Notes under the pieces: model-generated | Seen by the model: the letters and a program-made list of their open reading frames with translations, nothing else | The model's database searches: none | Told to the model about the DNA's origin: nothing | Position numbers and translations under genes: made by a program | Part shown: positions 26,101 to 41,287 of the stretch, piece by piece | Position numbering within the stretch: position 1 is the stretch's first letter | How the letters are laid out: the number at the start of each line of letters is the position of its first letter | Assembly: GCA_003344405.1 (NCBI GenBank) | Contig: NOWV01000023.1 | Location: 124,001-188,000 of the forward strand | Source: Trichoplax sp. H2 | Lineage: Eukaryota | Direction of reading: 5' to 3' | DNA length: 64,000 nucleotides

Positions 26101-29100
26101 AATTATTAATCAAACGGATGTTATAACGTATTATGTAATCTCGTTAGTGACGAGTACTTGAATTACAATTCTTCCTTTGATATCAAAGCAAGCAGTACAT
26201 AACCTAATGTTCTGCATGTACTTGAGATACTTCTAATCTGTTGTACTTGCTTGCATAGAAGAAACGATCATGTAGGAGGATATCGATGATAAACCTCATG
26301 ACACTGGATAATGTGTAATCCTGTAGCAATTTTTACTTTGACATTATAGCAAATTCGCAAGTAATTGTAATTGCAATAATATTAAGGAACGTACACATAA
26401 GAATGGATTAATAAAAATTACAAGTAGATACTACAGTAATATGGCGTATCCTTTCCTACAGTATTTCAGTGAGAGAAATCAATAAATTGTCCATCTAATT
26501 CTTTACAACTAGTTTTATCGCTTACTATCACTATTTTAATATATTGTTTTAAATTTAGCGTTAGCAGCGATAAAACCCAATACAGGTATTACTTACTGTA
26601 GATTAATTCACGCAGCATGAAAGCTTTATATGATTTTATAAATAAAAGCTTATACAAATCGTTGTTACTACTCACGCGCCGTTGCACTTTAAAGACTAAC
26701 TAAGGATATATTTCATAACCGACACCTATTTCAATGATTCTTCATAAGGCACATGGTATCAAGTTCGTATTTACGCTATGTGGTGGCCATATTTCACCCG
26801 TTCTTGTAGCTTGTGAACGTCTAGGGATAAGAGTGATCGATGTCCGCCATGAGGTTAGCTTTACTATGGAATTAAAGTAAATAGCGTTTGTATCGTTTTA
26901 TAATTTTACAATCTCACCAATATCTTAAAAATGTCATGTTAATTAATTTTAACATACTGTACGCGTATAACTCTCATCATGATGTCACAGGTTACGACAA
27001 TCTATGCTGCTGATGCCGTTGCAAGAATGTCAGGTGTAGTTGGTGTTGGAATTGTAACTGCTGGACCAGGTTTGTCAAACAGGAGTTGGTTAGAGCTACG
27101 ATAATGTATGAATAAGAACCCTAATTATCTGGCCAATACAAATATTTCATTTTGTATCTATTTTGCAATCGCTATAGGTGTCACAAATACTATTACTGCT
27201 ATAAAAAATGCTCAAATGGCAGAATCCCCTGTTTTACTCATAGGAGGTGCCGCAGCGACGTTACTTAAGGTAGCACACAAAATTATCATCGTTATCTGTT
27301 TGCAAAAAGTTAACGCTATGTAGGTGTGCTGTTGTAGATTGCGTAGCAAGACGATACTAACTTTATCAACCCATTACACACAATAGGGTCGTGGATCTCT
27401 ACAAGATATTGATCAAATGTCCTTGTTTAAGCCTCTCTGCAAATATACTGCTACCGTAGAAAAGTATTAGCAATTTAATCGTCATCTTGGGAATTAATGA
27501 CATGCATAACAATGTTAAAAGTTGTACAAAAGCAAAATTCTAACGTTGTATTTGTATTTACTGTAAAGAGTTCGTGAAATAGTACCAACGCTTAGGCGTG
27601 CAATTTATGAAGCTGCCTCAGGAATACCAGGTACAAATCTCATGTACAAAATGAACTCATAAATTGGTTACTGATCAGAATACAACTAGCACTATTTTTA
27701 TATTCTCAATCGTGTGTCGTTAAATGCAATTAATTTCTCTTCTGAAGGCCCCGTCTTCGTAGAATTACCGATTGATATTTTATACTCCTATCCGTCGGTA
27801 TCGACTGAGTTTGTTGGAAAGGTTAACGCATTGATTTATTTTGCATTACAAACTTTTATCTTGTCAACTATAAATGTAGTAGATATTTGAGAAAGTTAAC
27901 AAAAATTTTTCTCATTTATCCAATATTGTAGAGTTCGGATAACGGATTGCTTGCGAGATTACTTCGTTGGTCAGATTCAAATTTACCTGCATTTGATAAT
28001 AACGAAACATATGCATAAAAAGTAATCATGTAATAATTAAACTATATAGGTATCTTTTAAACCATGTAAATGGTTTATTCGCTGGGGCCTTTACTCAACG
28101 AAACTGCGAACCCATTCCTCCAAAGATTACAATGCCTTCCAACCGTCAAAGTATTGATTTGAATATAATACGAAGCGATCATTCTTACTAACAAGCGGAA
28201 TATATCTAACCTTGTAATATTTGCCTAATATTTGGTTCATGTTTTCTTTAGTACAATCAGCAGTAGAGATTGTGTCTCGCGCAAAGAAACCGGTCATATT
28301 ATTAGGTAGTCAAACAACTTTACCTCCAGTTCCCGCGAATGATGTTAAAACCGCTCTAGAAGTAATTATTCTAACGACATTGTAATCACTGCTAACTATA
28401 TTCATACAATATTTTACTAATTAATCATGTAAAGTAAAGCATTTGCGTTGTCCTTTCAAATAGTCATTGGGGATCCCTTGCTTTCTTGGCGGTATGTCTC
28501 GCGGCTTATTAGGACGAAAAAATCCCATTCATATACGACAGCAGAGACGTCAAGCTGTTCATGAAGCGGATGTTGTTATTTTAGCTGGTAATTTCCCTAA
28601 GAAATGTATTATAGTCACCATAGATGACGACAATACTCTTCAATAATTATGCAGTATAATCACCACCAAGATATGATAGATAGCAACATATTCATACTAA
28701 AGACCCCCAAATATAGTTGCTTTACTATGTGCATTTTATCTTTTCAAAAAATAGGAGCTGTATGTGACTTTCGATTAAATTATGGTAGAATACTTAATAA
28801 AAAATCCAAGATAATAGCTGTCAATCGTAACATAGAACTCCTTTACTTGGTATTAAACTCGCTTATTGTTATTAGTCCCAAATTAATATGGAAAAATAAT
28901 ACTAATTAACTATTATTGATTTTGCTCTAAAAGAATTCGCCTGCGTTTTGGTCACCTACTGTGGGTATAGAAGGTCAGCCCTAAACGGATTACTAATATG
29001 ACGTATGTTATATTGGGTAACATCAGTTGATTGAATAACCGCTATAAATATTATTTGCAATAGGTGATGTTGGTACCTTTGTCTTGAAATTATGTGATCG

Positions 29101-30046
29101 CTTGAAAGGTTATAAATGTCCATCGGATTGGCTTGAAACCCTGAGGCAACGTGATGCAGAAAAAGAAAACAAAAACTTAGAAATGGCAAAACAACCAACT
29201 ACTCAACACCTGAATCCTATAAAAGTCCTATACCAATTAGAAGAGTGCTTAGATGATAATAGCATATTAGTTGCTGATGGAGGCGACTTTGTTGGTACTG
29301 CTGCATATGTGTTACGGTAATTTTTTAACGCACAATTTTTTTTATCATCAATCACGCGATTGAATGAGTTCGCTTAACGTTTGTTCGTTTATTTAAAGAC
29401 CTCGTGGACCTCTAACATGGTTAGATCCCGGCCCATTCGGTACCTTAGGCGTCGGTGGCGGTTTCGCGTTGGGAGCTAAGCTTTGTCGACCTGATGCAGA
29501 AGTTTGGATAATATATGGTGATGGCTCTTCAGCTTATAGTATTGCAGAGTTCGATACTTGTTATAGACATAAGGTAAGAAGATGATATCCTGAATAAAAA
29601 ACTTTACACTTACAACCTAGTTTACAATATCGCAAAGACTTAAGTAACGTTGAAATGACTAGGCCCCTGTGTTAGCAATCATCGGCAATGATGCAGCCTG
29701 GTCACAAATCAAGAGAGACCAAGTACCACTACTTGGTAGTGGTGTTGCGTGCGACTTGCTTGTAAGTTTTCAGTAATAATCGCATCGTATATTACATCAC
29801 AGTAACGTATGATTCAGTTTACATTTTATTTACTAACGATATCCTATGCAAATCTTTCAGTTTTCGGATTATCATACGATAGCAAAGGGCTACGGAGGCG
29901 TTGGATTTAGAATTGATAGTTCTAATGGCGATGAAGCCATTTCTATAATCAAGCAAGCTCAGGCTGCTGCTAAGGAAGGAAAACCGGCTGTTTTGAATGT
30001 CCTTGTTGGTCGTACTAAATTTCGTGAAGGATCAATCTCTATTTAA
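23128..30046 (+). CDS. ILVBL: 2-hydroxyacyl-CoA lyase 2 / acetolactate synthase-like protein (TPP enzyme with N-terminal membrane anchor)
   Basis: Exon 1 (23128-23274) is hydrophobic. Exon 2 (25979-26032) has [10 protein letters not shown] and exon 3 (26749-26853) has [10 protein letters not shown]...DVRHE. Later exons give [49 protein letters not shown], the TPP motif YGDGS and the C-terminal KFREGSISI stop. Confidence 0.96.
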
Positions 30047-32629
30047 GTTGTACTGTAGGGACACTATCAATTGATTTCGCTAACCAACTCTATGTATTTC
30101 TGTTTCTTAATGTTTTGATTGCAATTTTAGCTCCTTAAATTATGTTAGCGATTTCCGATAAAGCACTAGAAAATATATCTGCGTTTAGCCTTGTGACTTT
30201 TGGTGATAATAATATCGCTATCATGTATTATAGCCCTCGATGATAATTGTTCAGCATAGATCAGTTGTTACATTTTATATTCCAATTATTTGTAGCCATG
30301 CAATAGTTTATTTTCTACTACAACAGGGTAACGTCAATACAGGTCATGTTCCGTATACAATGCTGAAACACAGTTTCATCATAATATCAATCTACAGTAC
30401 TCGTAATTTGACTTTAAGGTATCGATTTTGGAGGATAGGCCGGATTATGATATGCAAATCAGGAATATATTCGTTCAAAGTTAATCAATACGAAATTGAT
30501 GCGTATTTATATAGAACAATAATAAATACATCACTCAATACTAATTGCAAAAATTTCGAGAATGTATATCGATTTCCTGTTCTTTTCTATCAATGATGAT
30601 ATAATTTATAGTTTGTCGTTTCGAAGTGCATCAGTTTAGGCTAAATTATAATTTCTTGTAATGGCTTGTAAAACAATTGCTATGATGAATGATTGTATTG
30701 CTCCTAATAAGCGCCTGTCTATCAAGAATTAGAAGCTAATAAATATCCTTTTGTATATGCATTACCAGTATAAAAAAAATATATGGTATCTGTTCAAGCA
30801 TTGTGTTAAAGTAACAACGACTTCATACGGCGATTATTCTGGTATCAACGCCTGTTGACGTAAGTATTAGCTAATATCGATAAGTGATATGATACGCACG
30901 CAGACGACTTGAATTTCCTGTACGTTATTTATTACCATCTAGAGCTTAATGCGATACTTCGCAATCATAACTATTTGCTGTTGTGTCGATTTAACTAACT
31001 ACAGTACATGCTCAACTTTATTGAGCTGTTTAAAAAAGTTAAATTGGAATGAACGATATGGCAAATAATTTAAAGATTCAGCAGTAAATTACTATAAAGC
31101 TGATGCAAATTACCACTATCCTTTGATAACATATTTAAAGCTTTCCAGAAACTCAAAGACCTTAAGTATGACTGCAATTTTAAATTCGTTATCTATTTAC
31201 ATGATGAATATTTACCCTTTAGTTAGACACTTAACTGAGGAACATTACTAGCTAAATTATTATCGTGATTAAAGTCTTCATCACTGGTGGGGAAGTTACT
31301 AGTAATACTTATTATAATTATTATCAAATCGGTAATACTATAAGTCGCATAGATTATGTCTCCAGGTGTTAAATTGCTGTATTATACAAGTATAAATATC
31401 CGATGAGATTATATGACTCAATCGCATTAAATACCATTTAAGTATAATTAGGAAATAACACTTTGTCGTCTACTGCTATCAATCGTTCTTTAAAAGTTAT
31501 TAGTACCTCTTGCAGGTTGAGAGAAATCCGAAATACATCGCACATCTGCTCTCTCTACTAAAACACATGCAGTAATCTTATAATTAGATACTTAAGTTTA
31601 CTATATCAGTCAATACTATTTAAGAAATAATTCGTTATTAGATTTGATCTACTTCAGCTATTTTGAAGAGTCGAAGTATTATACAACAACAATGCTTATC
31701 ATTAACGTTGTAAGGTTTATAATTTTAAAAATTGTATCATAAATAAGTTTAATAAGAAATAGACATAACATATGCTATAAAATGATATTTATGAATTATA
31801 ATATACGCGTATATATCTGATATTTTTAAGCGCAGTTGTTCTACATAAATGAAAATTCTTTTGCATCTCGGATTGGTGTAGTAGTACCATATATCCGGAA
31901 TTGATAAATCATACCGTTATCTATTATAGATAGCAATCAGTACGAATAGTTATGTACACGTTAGTAATACGAATAGTCATAGCTATACTCTCATAATGCA
32001 ATAGATATGCTTAATAAAATAAGAATTTATGCGCTGTCCTTGTTCATGACATATCTAATGTATAGAATATAATAATATGATGTCACAAAAACGTTGCAAA
32101 CATCGGTTAAAAAAATATAACCCGGTTAAAAGATCATATCGTACGGATAGATATGTTTTTTAAAAAGCTAACTATTATACTTATAGCCTGTGATATTTTC
32201 CAATAGAGTATATCCAATTGATGATATCGTTTACATTCCTAACTTATTGGAATATGATCACTTGTCTTGCGAAGCCATACACTTATAGTTATCTAAGCCT
32301 AAGTAATGTTTAACGAGGATAAAATATGTATATATACTGTATAGCAATTTAAGTTATAGATCAATACTGTATATCAAAGATAAAGTATACAAAACGAAGT
32401 TTACAGATAATACTTCATTCAAAAGCGATATACTAATGATATCTAATATGGTAATAACAAAATAAATATCAAATTAATTGAAAAATATGATAAAATGGAT
32501 ATAGTCATAGTCCTCCTATTATCAAAGCAAACTTTAACGCTTCAAGCTTAGCGATAGATAATTAATTGGAAAATAATGCGTTTTCATCAAAGCTATGGCT
32601 TGTAAAATCAACATTGCTCATTATTAATT

Positions 32630-35600
32630 TTATTTCAAAGCAAAATTGTTAGACTTATGCTTTTATAGATATACAGTCAACATCGTTATCAAATAACAAA
32701 TTGTATTCCAAAGTAATGAATAAATTGCCACCTGAATCCTAGACGACTTAGTCATCAAGAAAAGGTTTGCGATCTTCTTACGTATTTCTTCATATATAGA
32801 AATATTAAAAATAGTTTTAGGATCTTGAAAAGAAAGAAACGTTACGGTAATCTATTTTAATATTTACCCTGGAGTTCGCTACTTTAGTATTCGTCAGATA
32901 ACTACGAGATAGAGTGGGAACAAAACTACCAGGTACGAAGCTTAAATAACTCAAACGTTCAATTGTTGGAGTTGCCCTATACACATACTCATTTACAATC
33001 TGATCACTACCACCAAACGAAGGCTAGAGAAATAAGAAAGACATGACGTAAGTACAAATGCGACTAATATATAATTTCCAGAATCAACGAATCAACTATA
33101 TTTTCTCTAACCAATGCTAGGACCATTTCATGCAATTCCTTCATCTTTTTTGCTAATTGTTTATTAGACCATATATAGCATGCAACAGCTATATTAACAG
33201 CTTCGACGACCTTGCTAGTAAAACGGGGTAATTCTTCCAGTAGGTGAGATTTGAGAGCGTTATAATCGGCTTCTGCTGTTTCGAGTTGGGCTTTGATCTG
33301 ATCATTTATTATAGTAATTTCTTAATTAGGAATGAATTTCTGAAGTGTTGAAAATTCTTTAAGATTTTTGTAACTAGAACATAGACGTACCGTTTTCAGC
33401 TTATCAGCATCCTTAGTCTTTTCTATTTTCGGTAAAAGATTGTCAAAATCTAACTTTTTATCAGCGCATTTCTTAATCAATTTCTGTGGATTGCTAAACT
33501 GAGCCAATATTTCGTTTAAGGTATGAATGACTCTTTTTTTTATATATGAAACCTTATTAATAGAATACAGAAATAACTGCATTTTAGTTTCAGTAAATAT
33601 AGACCAATTTTATTACAATTCTAAAAGATCCACTTACATTCTCTGGGGATAGCACATCAGAGAATTCTTTTAAAGCGGCTATTAGCTGCTTATATAAGGA
33701 TGATTCAATATCACCTTCATATAAGTTGCTTATAGTCTTACAAAATGAATTGCAAGCTTCAGAGCTTTCCTACAACATTGCGCAATGATTAAAGGTAAAT
33801 GATTCTTGATAGATTGGCAATACTTTTTCTTTAATGATGAATTACCTTCATTCGCGACAGATAACTTTTAATAGATCGCACAAATCTTCTTATATAATTT
33901 TCCAATTCTTTGAGTATTCTAACTTCTTCATTATACACACCATCATTGGTCTAATCATAGTAAATTTAAATTTGTTACTTTTTCAGTGCAACGGTCGTCT
34001 AAGATTAAAGGGTAACATAATAGACCCTGCAAGGTGGGCCTAAACGTCAATCGTATGGCGTTTAACATATCTCCCGTTACTTCTAAAATGCTATGTGCTA
34101 ATAAAGCTTTACTGACTTTGTTATTGCAGTATAGTATGCTACAAAATGGATCTTACCTGATAAACAAGTCCAGTTTTCTGGATCATTCTCATTCCAACAC
34201 GAACGGCTTTCTTCCTTATAGAATGCGGAAGTTTGCTATATGAACCGTATTCAATCCCAGTTCCACTCTGATACTTTTGAACTATAAATAATAATATCAA
34301 CAGTAAAATAAGTACCCCCAAAGTTACCTTTATCACGCGTAGTTTTATAACTACAAGCAACCTAATTCCTTCTGCCTTTTCTTCTCGTTAATTTTCTTAG
34401 CCACTGATTTAATAGTTTGCAGGGAAATTCCCAAAACTTCTTTATCTGCACCTTCATTTTCAGGCAACGTCTACAAAATACACGGTATTTGTAATACATA
34501 AGCATAAATAAGGCGAATTTATACATTTAATCAACTAATTCTATGTTTATGATAAATATGAAATATGACAATTGAAATATTTCATTACTTGAATCAGCTC
34601 GCCAACCAAGAGAGGATATTTTAACACTCTTTGAACAGGTTTTATCAATAACGATTCCAAGCTCAGACAGTTTACGTATTGCCTAAGTATTAATATTACA
34701 TAAGACGCATCAGCGTACATACTAATTAAGTTAGTTAATATAAATCATGATACGCACAACTGTATAATACCTTGCATTATCCAATAATTCATCGAAATGT
34801 TTCGATAAATCTTCATCCTCCATATACTGTAAAATCATCAATCAGTTAGATAATTCCTAAAACGATTTTATATAGTTGAAGTTTACTTACTTTTTCTAAA
34901 ATACCAATAGAATCAGGGTAATTTTTGCAGTACCGCGAATAAACATCTCCCATTCTCTCAGCATGTGCAATAAAGCAATGCGCTGAAAGTAACAAATATC
35001 CACAGTGAAAACAGTTGTAGTACTGGCATAACAGCAGCGAAAATTAATTACAGCGTTTTATTTTACCTATATTATTATCGATATTGGCAGAAGCTTGCGC
35101 ATCTTTAAGCCCGGCGAATAATTCTTCTGCAAACTCGATTACGTCGTCAAGATTGTTAAATAACACCACATAATTAACTTCTTTTAGAGATTTTGCCTTC
35201 AATGGCTCAAATACTTCATTCAGCAATATTTTTATGTCACGGAGAAATGATTCTTCAGTAGATATTAGTTCATCAACGACTTTTCCATGCTTCTTTAATT
35301 TCGCTTCCCTAAGTTCAGCTTCTTCTTTCTTTAACTTATCTAGTTTCTCTACAAATATAATGATAAGTACAGTTTAAACGTAAGTATTATTCGATTTTGA
35401 TATCCATAGAAAGCCATGAGCATTACCATGTTGCTCTCCAAGTTTGTTATATAAATCTGTCAATTGATCATAGGTATTCCGAACTTCGATTGCAGTAGCA
35501 TCTGAGTTATCACCATCCTGACATATGCTACAGAGTTGTTCATATTTTTCATTTGTAATCTAATGGAAGGGATTAAAATAGTGCTTAAGTTATGGGGATC

Positions 35601-37820
35601 GGCAACAAAGTTCCACGATAATAAATGAAAGTAGGCTCCTATCATAATTAATAAGAATGATACCGCAACAATAATTTGAATTTCATCTCTAAGTTACGTA
35701 CATCGTACTCCTTTTCTAGGTGACTTATTTTATCTAAAACACTATCGATAGTTTCGCATTCTGTTTCTTCTTCTGCATTGCTATCTATAATATTAGGAAT
35801 GATTATAGTGTCAAGAGTAAGTGTTTAATCTGGATTTAGTAGCCAATTTCACCGTAAACCATATAGAAAGCTTACCATCCATTATGGATTCTATATTTAC
35901 ATCTTCATAAATATTCTCAAAACTGTCAGATTTGATCTCTTCATGAGAGTTATAAATAAAATCATATGCATCAACAAAGGAATCATCGGAGCTATCGTTA
36001 TTGCCGGAATCCATGTCGAAGCTTTCATATACATGATCTTCATTATCCGTTTTCATATGAGAAGTAGATTTTACATCTGTGGTATGTGCAACAGTCATGT
36101 TCGAATTGTCAACAGAAGGTACGAAATAAGCCGAATCCGAGGACACCTTAGCATTGTCCTCGGTATATTTTTCAGACGAAATTTCCTCAGGGATTTCCTC
36201 AAGGACTTTGCCAACTGTCAAAAAAATATGCAAAGAATAAGCCACTGATTAATTTATTGTTCTTTATTCGTCAAAGACATATAAGAATCATGTATTAAAA
36301 AGGATCATACCTTGCAAAGACTCGTTATCACTATCCACAATAGTTTCCAATTGTTGGTTACTAGCTACAGTAGAATTTCTGGAACCCATTATAGAAGCCT
36401 GGCTCGAACGACTGAAAGCACTCCTAGCTGCGGATGATGCTGACAACGTGGTGTTCATGGAAAGACCAGAACTTATAATATCGATTTTACCTGCAGGATC
36501 AACTTCAGCAATAGAAGTTGTTGCAATGGTATGTGATCTAAATCTTTCAGCTTGAATCATAGGAACCCTTTCCTTCTTTTTAGGTTTACTTGCACCAATG
36601 TTACCACTTTCCCAACTTTGCCATAAAGAAGCTAAGCTATCAGATCCTTCTTTAGTAGTGTTAATATCATTTGCACGAGCTTCAGATTCTGAGCTCTTCC
36701 GATCTACATTTTGATGGTCATCATGATCTGATTTAGACAGGATATTTTGTGAAGAGCTTTGTGTCGGCACCCTAGAATTTGCTGGACTGCTGTCTTGATG
36801 GGTTTGTAAATTGGTTGCAACCGTATCATTGTCTTCACTAAGATTAGTACTTAAATTTTGATTATCTTGCTTAATGCCATGATTGAATGATTGAGATTTG
36901 GACACTTTTGAATCTAGTTTGAGTAACTGAGAAGATGTAATCTTTGGTTTTGGTTTCAGAGGTGGTGGAGTACGAGGTTTACCGTCTTCATACAATGTTC
37001 CTGAAAGACCAATTACACTACTTGATTTACTCCTTGGTTCAGGAATAGGTGGTGCATGTCGCTTAACTTTATTAGTGCTTTCAGTATTTAGTGTTGATGC
37101 AGTTGCAGAAGACTGGATCGATATGCTCGTAGAGCCCTCCGTAATAACGGATGTAGTTGATGCTAGTTGCTGATGAGGTGTCGGTACAGGAGGAGCGAAT
37201 TGCTTTTTGACTCTACTTTCACTGTAGGATTTATTTAAACGTTTATTTTGCAATAGGATGGGATCGATCTTGGGTTTGGGTGAAATAGGAGGTTTCTTGA
37301 CTTTTAATTGAGGACTACTAGTCGATTCTGTGGCATGTGGTAAGCTGGAGTCTTTGGTTTGTACATTGGTGTCATCATTATTGTCCACCTTAGATATAGT
37401 CGGTGTTGAAGGTGTCATAGTGTAACCGTTATTATTGTATGAATCGTCATGGTAATCAGTTGTAGCAGTAGGTTGTTGAAAGCTTTCAGCTACAAACGAT
37501 GAAGGAAATATACCATGACGTCCATCCATTTCGCCTCGATACCAATTCTCGTCGATCTGTTCCGTAACAGTAATGACATCCCCTCGTGTGAAGGGTAAAT
37601 CGCCACCAACATCGCCACGGAAATCATCAGTAGCAATAAATTGGGAGGATATTTCTCGAGTGAAACTAACAGGGAAAATTCCAATGTTTTCACCTAATTT
37701 GCCTTTCCACCAATTACTATCTACCTCTTCTAGTATACATATCAAATCACCACATTTAAATGGCAGATCACCTTCATGTTCACCTTGAAATTCAGTAACA
37801 GCTTTAAGCAATGAAGACAT
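32630..37820 (-). CDS. DNMBP: DNMBP/Tuba-like RhoGEF: two N-terminal SH3 domains, low-complexity linker, DH domain, BAR domain; 3' end uncertain
   Basis: Exon 1 encodes two SH3 domains (DLPFKCGDLI..NWWKG..GIFPVSF; DLPFTRGDVI..NWYRG..GIFPSSFV). The DH domain shows VVDELISTEESFLRDI...YSRYCKNY...LIKPVQRVLKYPLL. The BAR domain shows PQKLIKKCADKKLDFD...YNALKSHLLEELPRF. DH followed by BAR is the DNMBP/ARHGEF37/38 architecture. The terminal exon and stop at 32632-32630 are tentative. Confidence 0.82.
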
Positions 37821-39349
37821 AATCAGTAGGCCAAGTATGCTTACATCAAGTACGTCTATCTCTGTCTCTCGACTTGCAATCCGTACAATTCTAATTGATG
37901 AACACAGGTTGTACTGTAGTTAACAACGATTGATACTTCAATTATACAATAATTTGCTTTTGTTGAATAACTATCAAACGCTTTAAACTAGTCCAGACGT
38001 TTATTGAACCAATTCAACGAATAAACACAATTTCAATGAGCCGACCATAAAATGATAATACTGTATTGAATTAAGCCTTCCTTCAATTTTCTTTCACTGT
38101 ACATTGAAAAATTGCACGACATGTAAGAAAGATGGAGGAAATTGCTACGACCATGTCAGCCAATTGATGTAAAATAAAATATTCAACGTCACTTAATCAA
38201 CCCAAGTTACAACAAGTAAAAACAAATACCTTCATTAAAAGCTCTAAAATCAAAGAAGGAATGAAAAAAAATTGGAATTGCTGTCTTTGAAAAAATTGAT
38301 CTTTCAAAGCTCGGAATCACTGGCGTACAGTTAGTTATTAATGGGAGGTAGGAAGGTGCAGAGAGCGTAAAATACCAGCAAGTGAAGTGAAATTTCCATA
38401 CCATACGTACGTCGGGTGTGGATTCTCAGTGAAAATAATATAGAGACCGAACCGTCGTCCACTGTATGGTACTGTATCGTACCGTATCGTAGAATCATTG
38501 ACGTCTCGATGACTGAACCGTTGTTTTATCTCCTTTACAAGGTGACGTACAGGGTCGTGTCTCCAGCCCGTTGAGATATCAGTTTTTTCTTATACTGTAC
38601 ACTGTACAGTTATCTTTACGCCGTAGCCTATCCCAGTCTGGATCGTGCTGTGAACTTATGCATGACTCGATCTCTTGAGTCCGAGATGTACTGTAGGTTG
38701 TTTAATACGCGTCAGCTGGAGCATACTGTCGTCGCATACGGAACTGTAACTACCGTGCAACACGATACTGAGGGTGAGTGACCGTAGTGTGTTGATGACT
38801 CCATACTGCTGTACTGTACACTGTACAGTAGTTCATACGGTACTGTACATGTACAGTGTACCATTCCATTATGTCACTTTCGGGCAATATTTTTCTTTAA
38901 AAATACAGTAAAGCTATAATAGAATGATATATTTGGTTGATGGAGAGATTCTGAAAGATCTGAATCTGGTAAAGTTAGAAAGTTAAACTTGCTTTTAAGT
39001 CCATAAATAATGAAAGTATCACTGACCGTTACTGTACAGTATATCCCCGTTTATGAATGATCTACACCAGTATTAATCAGCATTTGGTTATTAAGATTAC
39101 TGGTTGATGCTTTTCAAAGTGACAAAATACTTTGATACACACTGCATGTTGACATAACAGTACAATGCGTCGTACGTCGCAAGACAAATGACGGTCAATG
39201 AGTTAACGAGTGAAGAATGAGCACACTTCCGTATCGATTCAGATGCGATCCGGTTGTGGGCCATGCCATGTTTGTTTGCGATGATTGCAGCAATTTTCCA
39301 ACCATATAAATATCGCTTAGTACACCCACAGAAATGAATAAAATAAATG

Positions 39350-39851
39350 CATGCCAAATGTAAATAAATCAATGAAACAGGAAAAGGATTTAAAATTGAA
39401 CATGAAATGAATTCATTTTATTCACTTGGCATACTATGTATGCCAAAAATAAATAAATCAATGAAACAGGAAAAGGATTTAAAATTGAACATAAAATGAA
39501 TTCATTTTATTCACTTGGCATACTATGTATACCAAAAATAAATAAATCAATGAAACAGGAAAAGGATTTAAAACTGACCATAAGATGAAATCATTTTATT
39601 CACTTGGCATACTATGTATGCCAAAAATAAATAAATCAATGAAACAGGAAAAGGATTTAAAATTGAACATGAAATGAATTCATTTTATTCACTTGGCATA
39701 CTATGTATGCCAAAAATAAATCAATCAATGAAACAGGAAAGGATTTAATATTGAACATGAAATGAATTCGTTTTATTCACTAGGCATACTATGTATGCCC
39801 AAAGTAAATAAATCAATGAAACAGGAAAGGGATTTAAAGTTCAACATAAAA
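39350..39851. repeat. Tandem array, 89-bp unit, about 5.6 copies, with internal palindromes
   Basis: 'aataaatcaatgaaacaggaaaaggatttaaaattgaacatgaaatgaattcattttattcacttggcatactatgtatgcc' repeats at 89-bp spacing. Confidence 0.96.
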
Positions 39852-41287
39852 TTGATCGTACACGTACAATGACGTAATAAGAAGGAAGATAAGTACCAGA
39901 ATTACGAGTATTAACCAGTGTCAGGCAAGCGTTTAGCCAGTCATGTTATGGAGATTCAAATTATCAATAAAGTACATTTCGCAACCATTATCTATAATTA
40001 TGCAATAGGTTGCACTAACAAGATAGAGATTCTATATTCACAACTAAGTTCCTTCAAATGCACTGTACCATCTGTACATACGTATATTAAAACGTGCACT
40101 AAAACATTAATAACGGAAACGTAGAACAGTTAGTTCTATTATGTAATCAATTATAAATCAGCGATATTGATGCTTTTAAAGTCAATTAAAGTACCCCCTA
40201 GAGTACAATTTACAGTAGAGCCTAACTGAAATACTGTATAGAATTGACAAAGTTGGTATCTCTATTAAATGCTTGCATCCAGTTTGCATTACAATACTTT
40301 ACAACCTAAATACAATTCATATGAATTGACATTTTACACTTCAAAAATCCTCTATCAAACAGAAATAGCAAAATATTTTGTGCACTAGACTTAAATCCAA
40401 GAAGTAGATCACGAGTTAAATTATCCCACGGCAATCTCCAATTATAAAGACTTGTTTTGTCTGGAGGTTCATTCAACTTTGAAATCACATAAAGATCTGA
40501 TCTCGATTATACTGTACGATACGCATTTCCCTACATATATCTGATACAATTCTAAATACAACGTAACGCATACTGTCTGTAGACTACAGAAAACAGAATT
40601 CATGATCATATTTCAGTATGGGCTGTCGTTAGGGTACTTTAAAGATCACAAATCGGTTTGGTAACTTTATCCTATGACTGCGCCAAGTATCAATAAAAAC
40701 GATAAAATACAGTAAGCAATTATATCATTATTAAGTAGCTATATATTTATATCGTTGCATTTAAGAGTATGTTCAACATACGCAGTAGGCTCAACCATGT
40801 TGATATCGATATCTTATATACTCAGCGTAAAAGACTTCAACAATGATACATCACTCTTATAGTCTATAACTCCAATTTTATGCCACTTTTCAAAGTGTAA
40901 GAATTTAAGAAATCAAATTCCAGATGAAGATCAATATATTATCCATTTAGCCTCATTTAATGAGTAGTATATAAGAGTACAGTATATACGTATTACAGTT
41001 ATTAGGAACCTTATTGCTCCATGGTATATTAAGTTTCCGATATTTACACAAACTGTCAGTAGTTCATATGAATTGCATAAAATAGAATACATCATCAATC
41101 AATCAATGCTAACACATTTGACACTTAAACTAATACAAGCAAGTATATTGAATAATAACTATGACAACTAAATCGCAATAATTCATATGGTACTATATCT
41201 TTTAATAAACGATTTTAAAGCAATGTAAAATTCGTTTCAAAAATTTAATTATTAGAATAAATATTTCTGAACAACAAATTATTCAAT

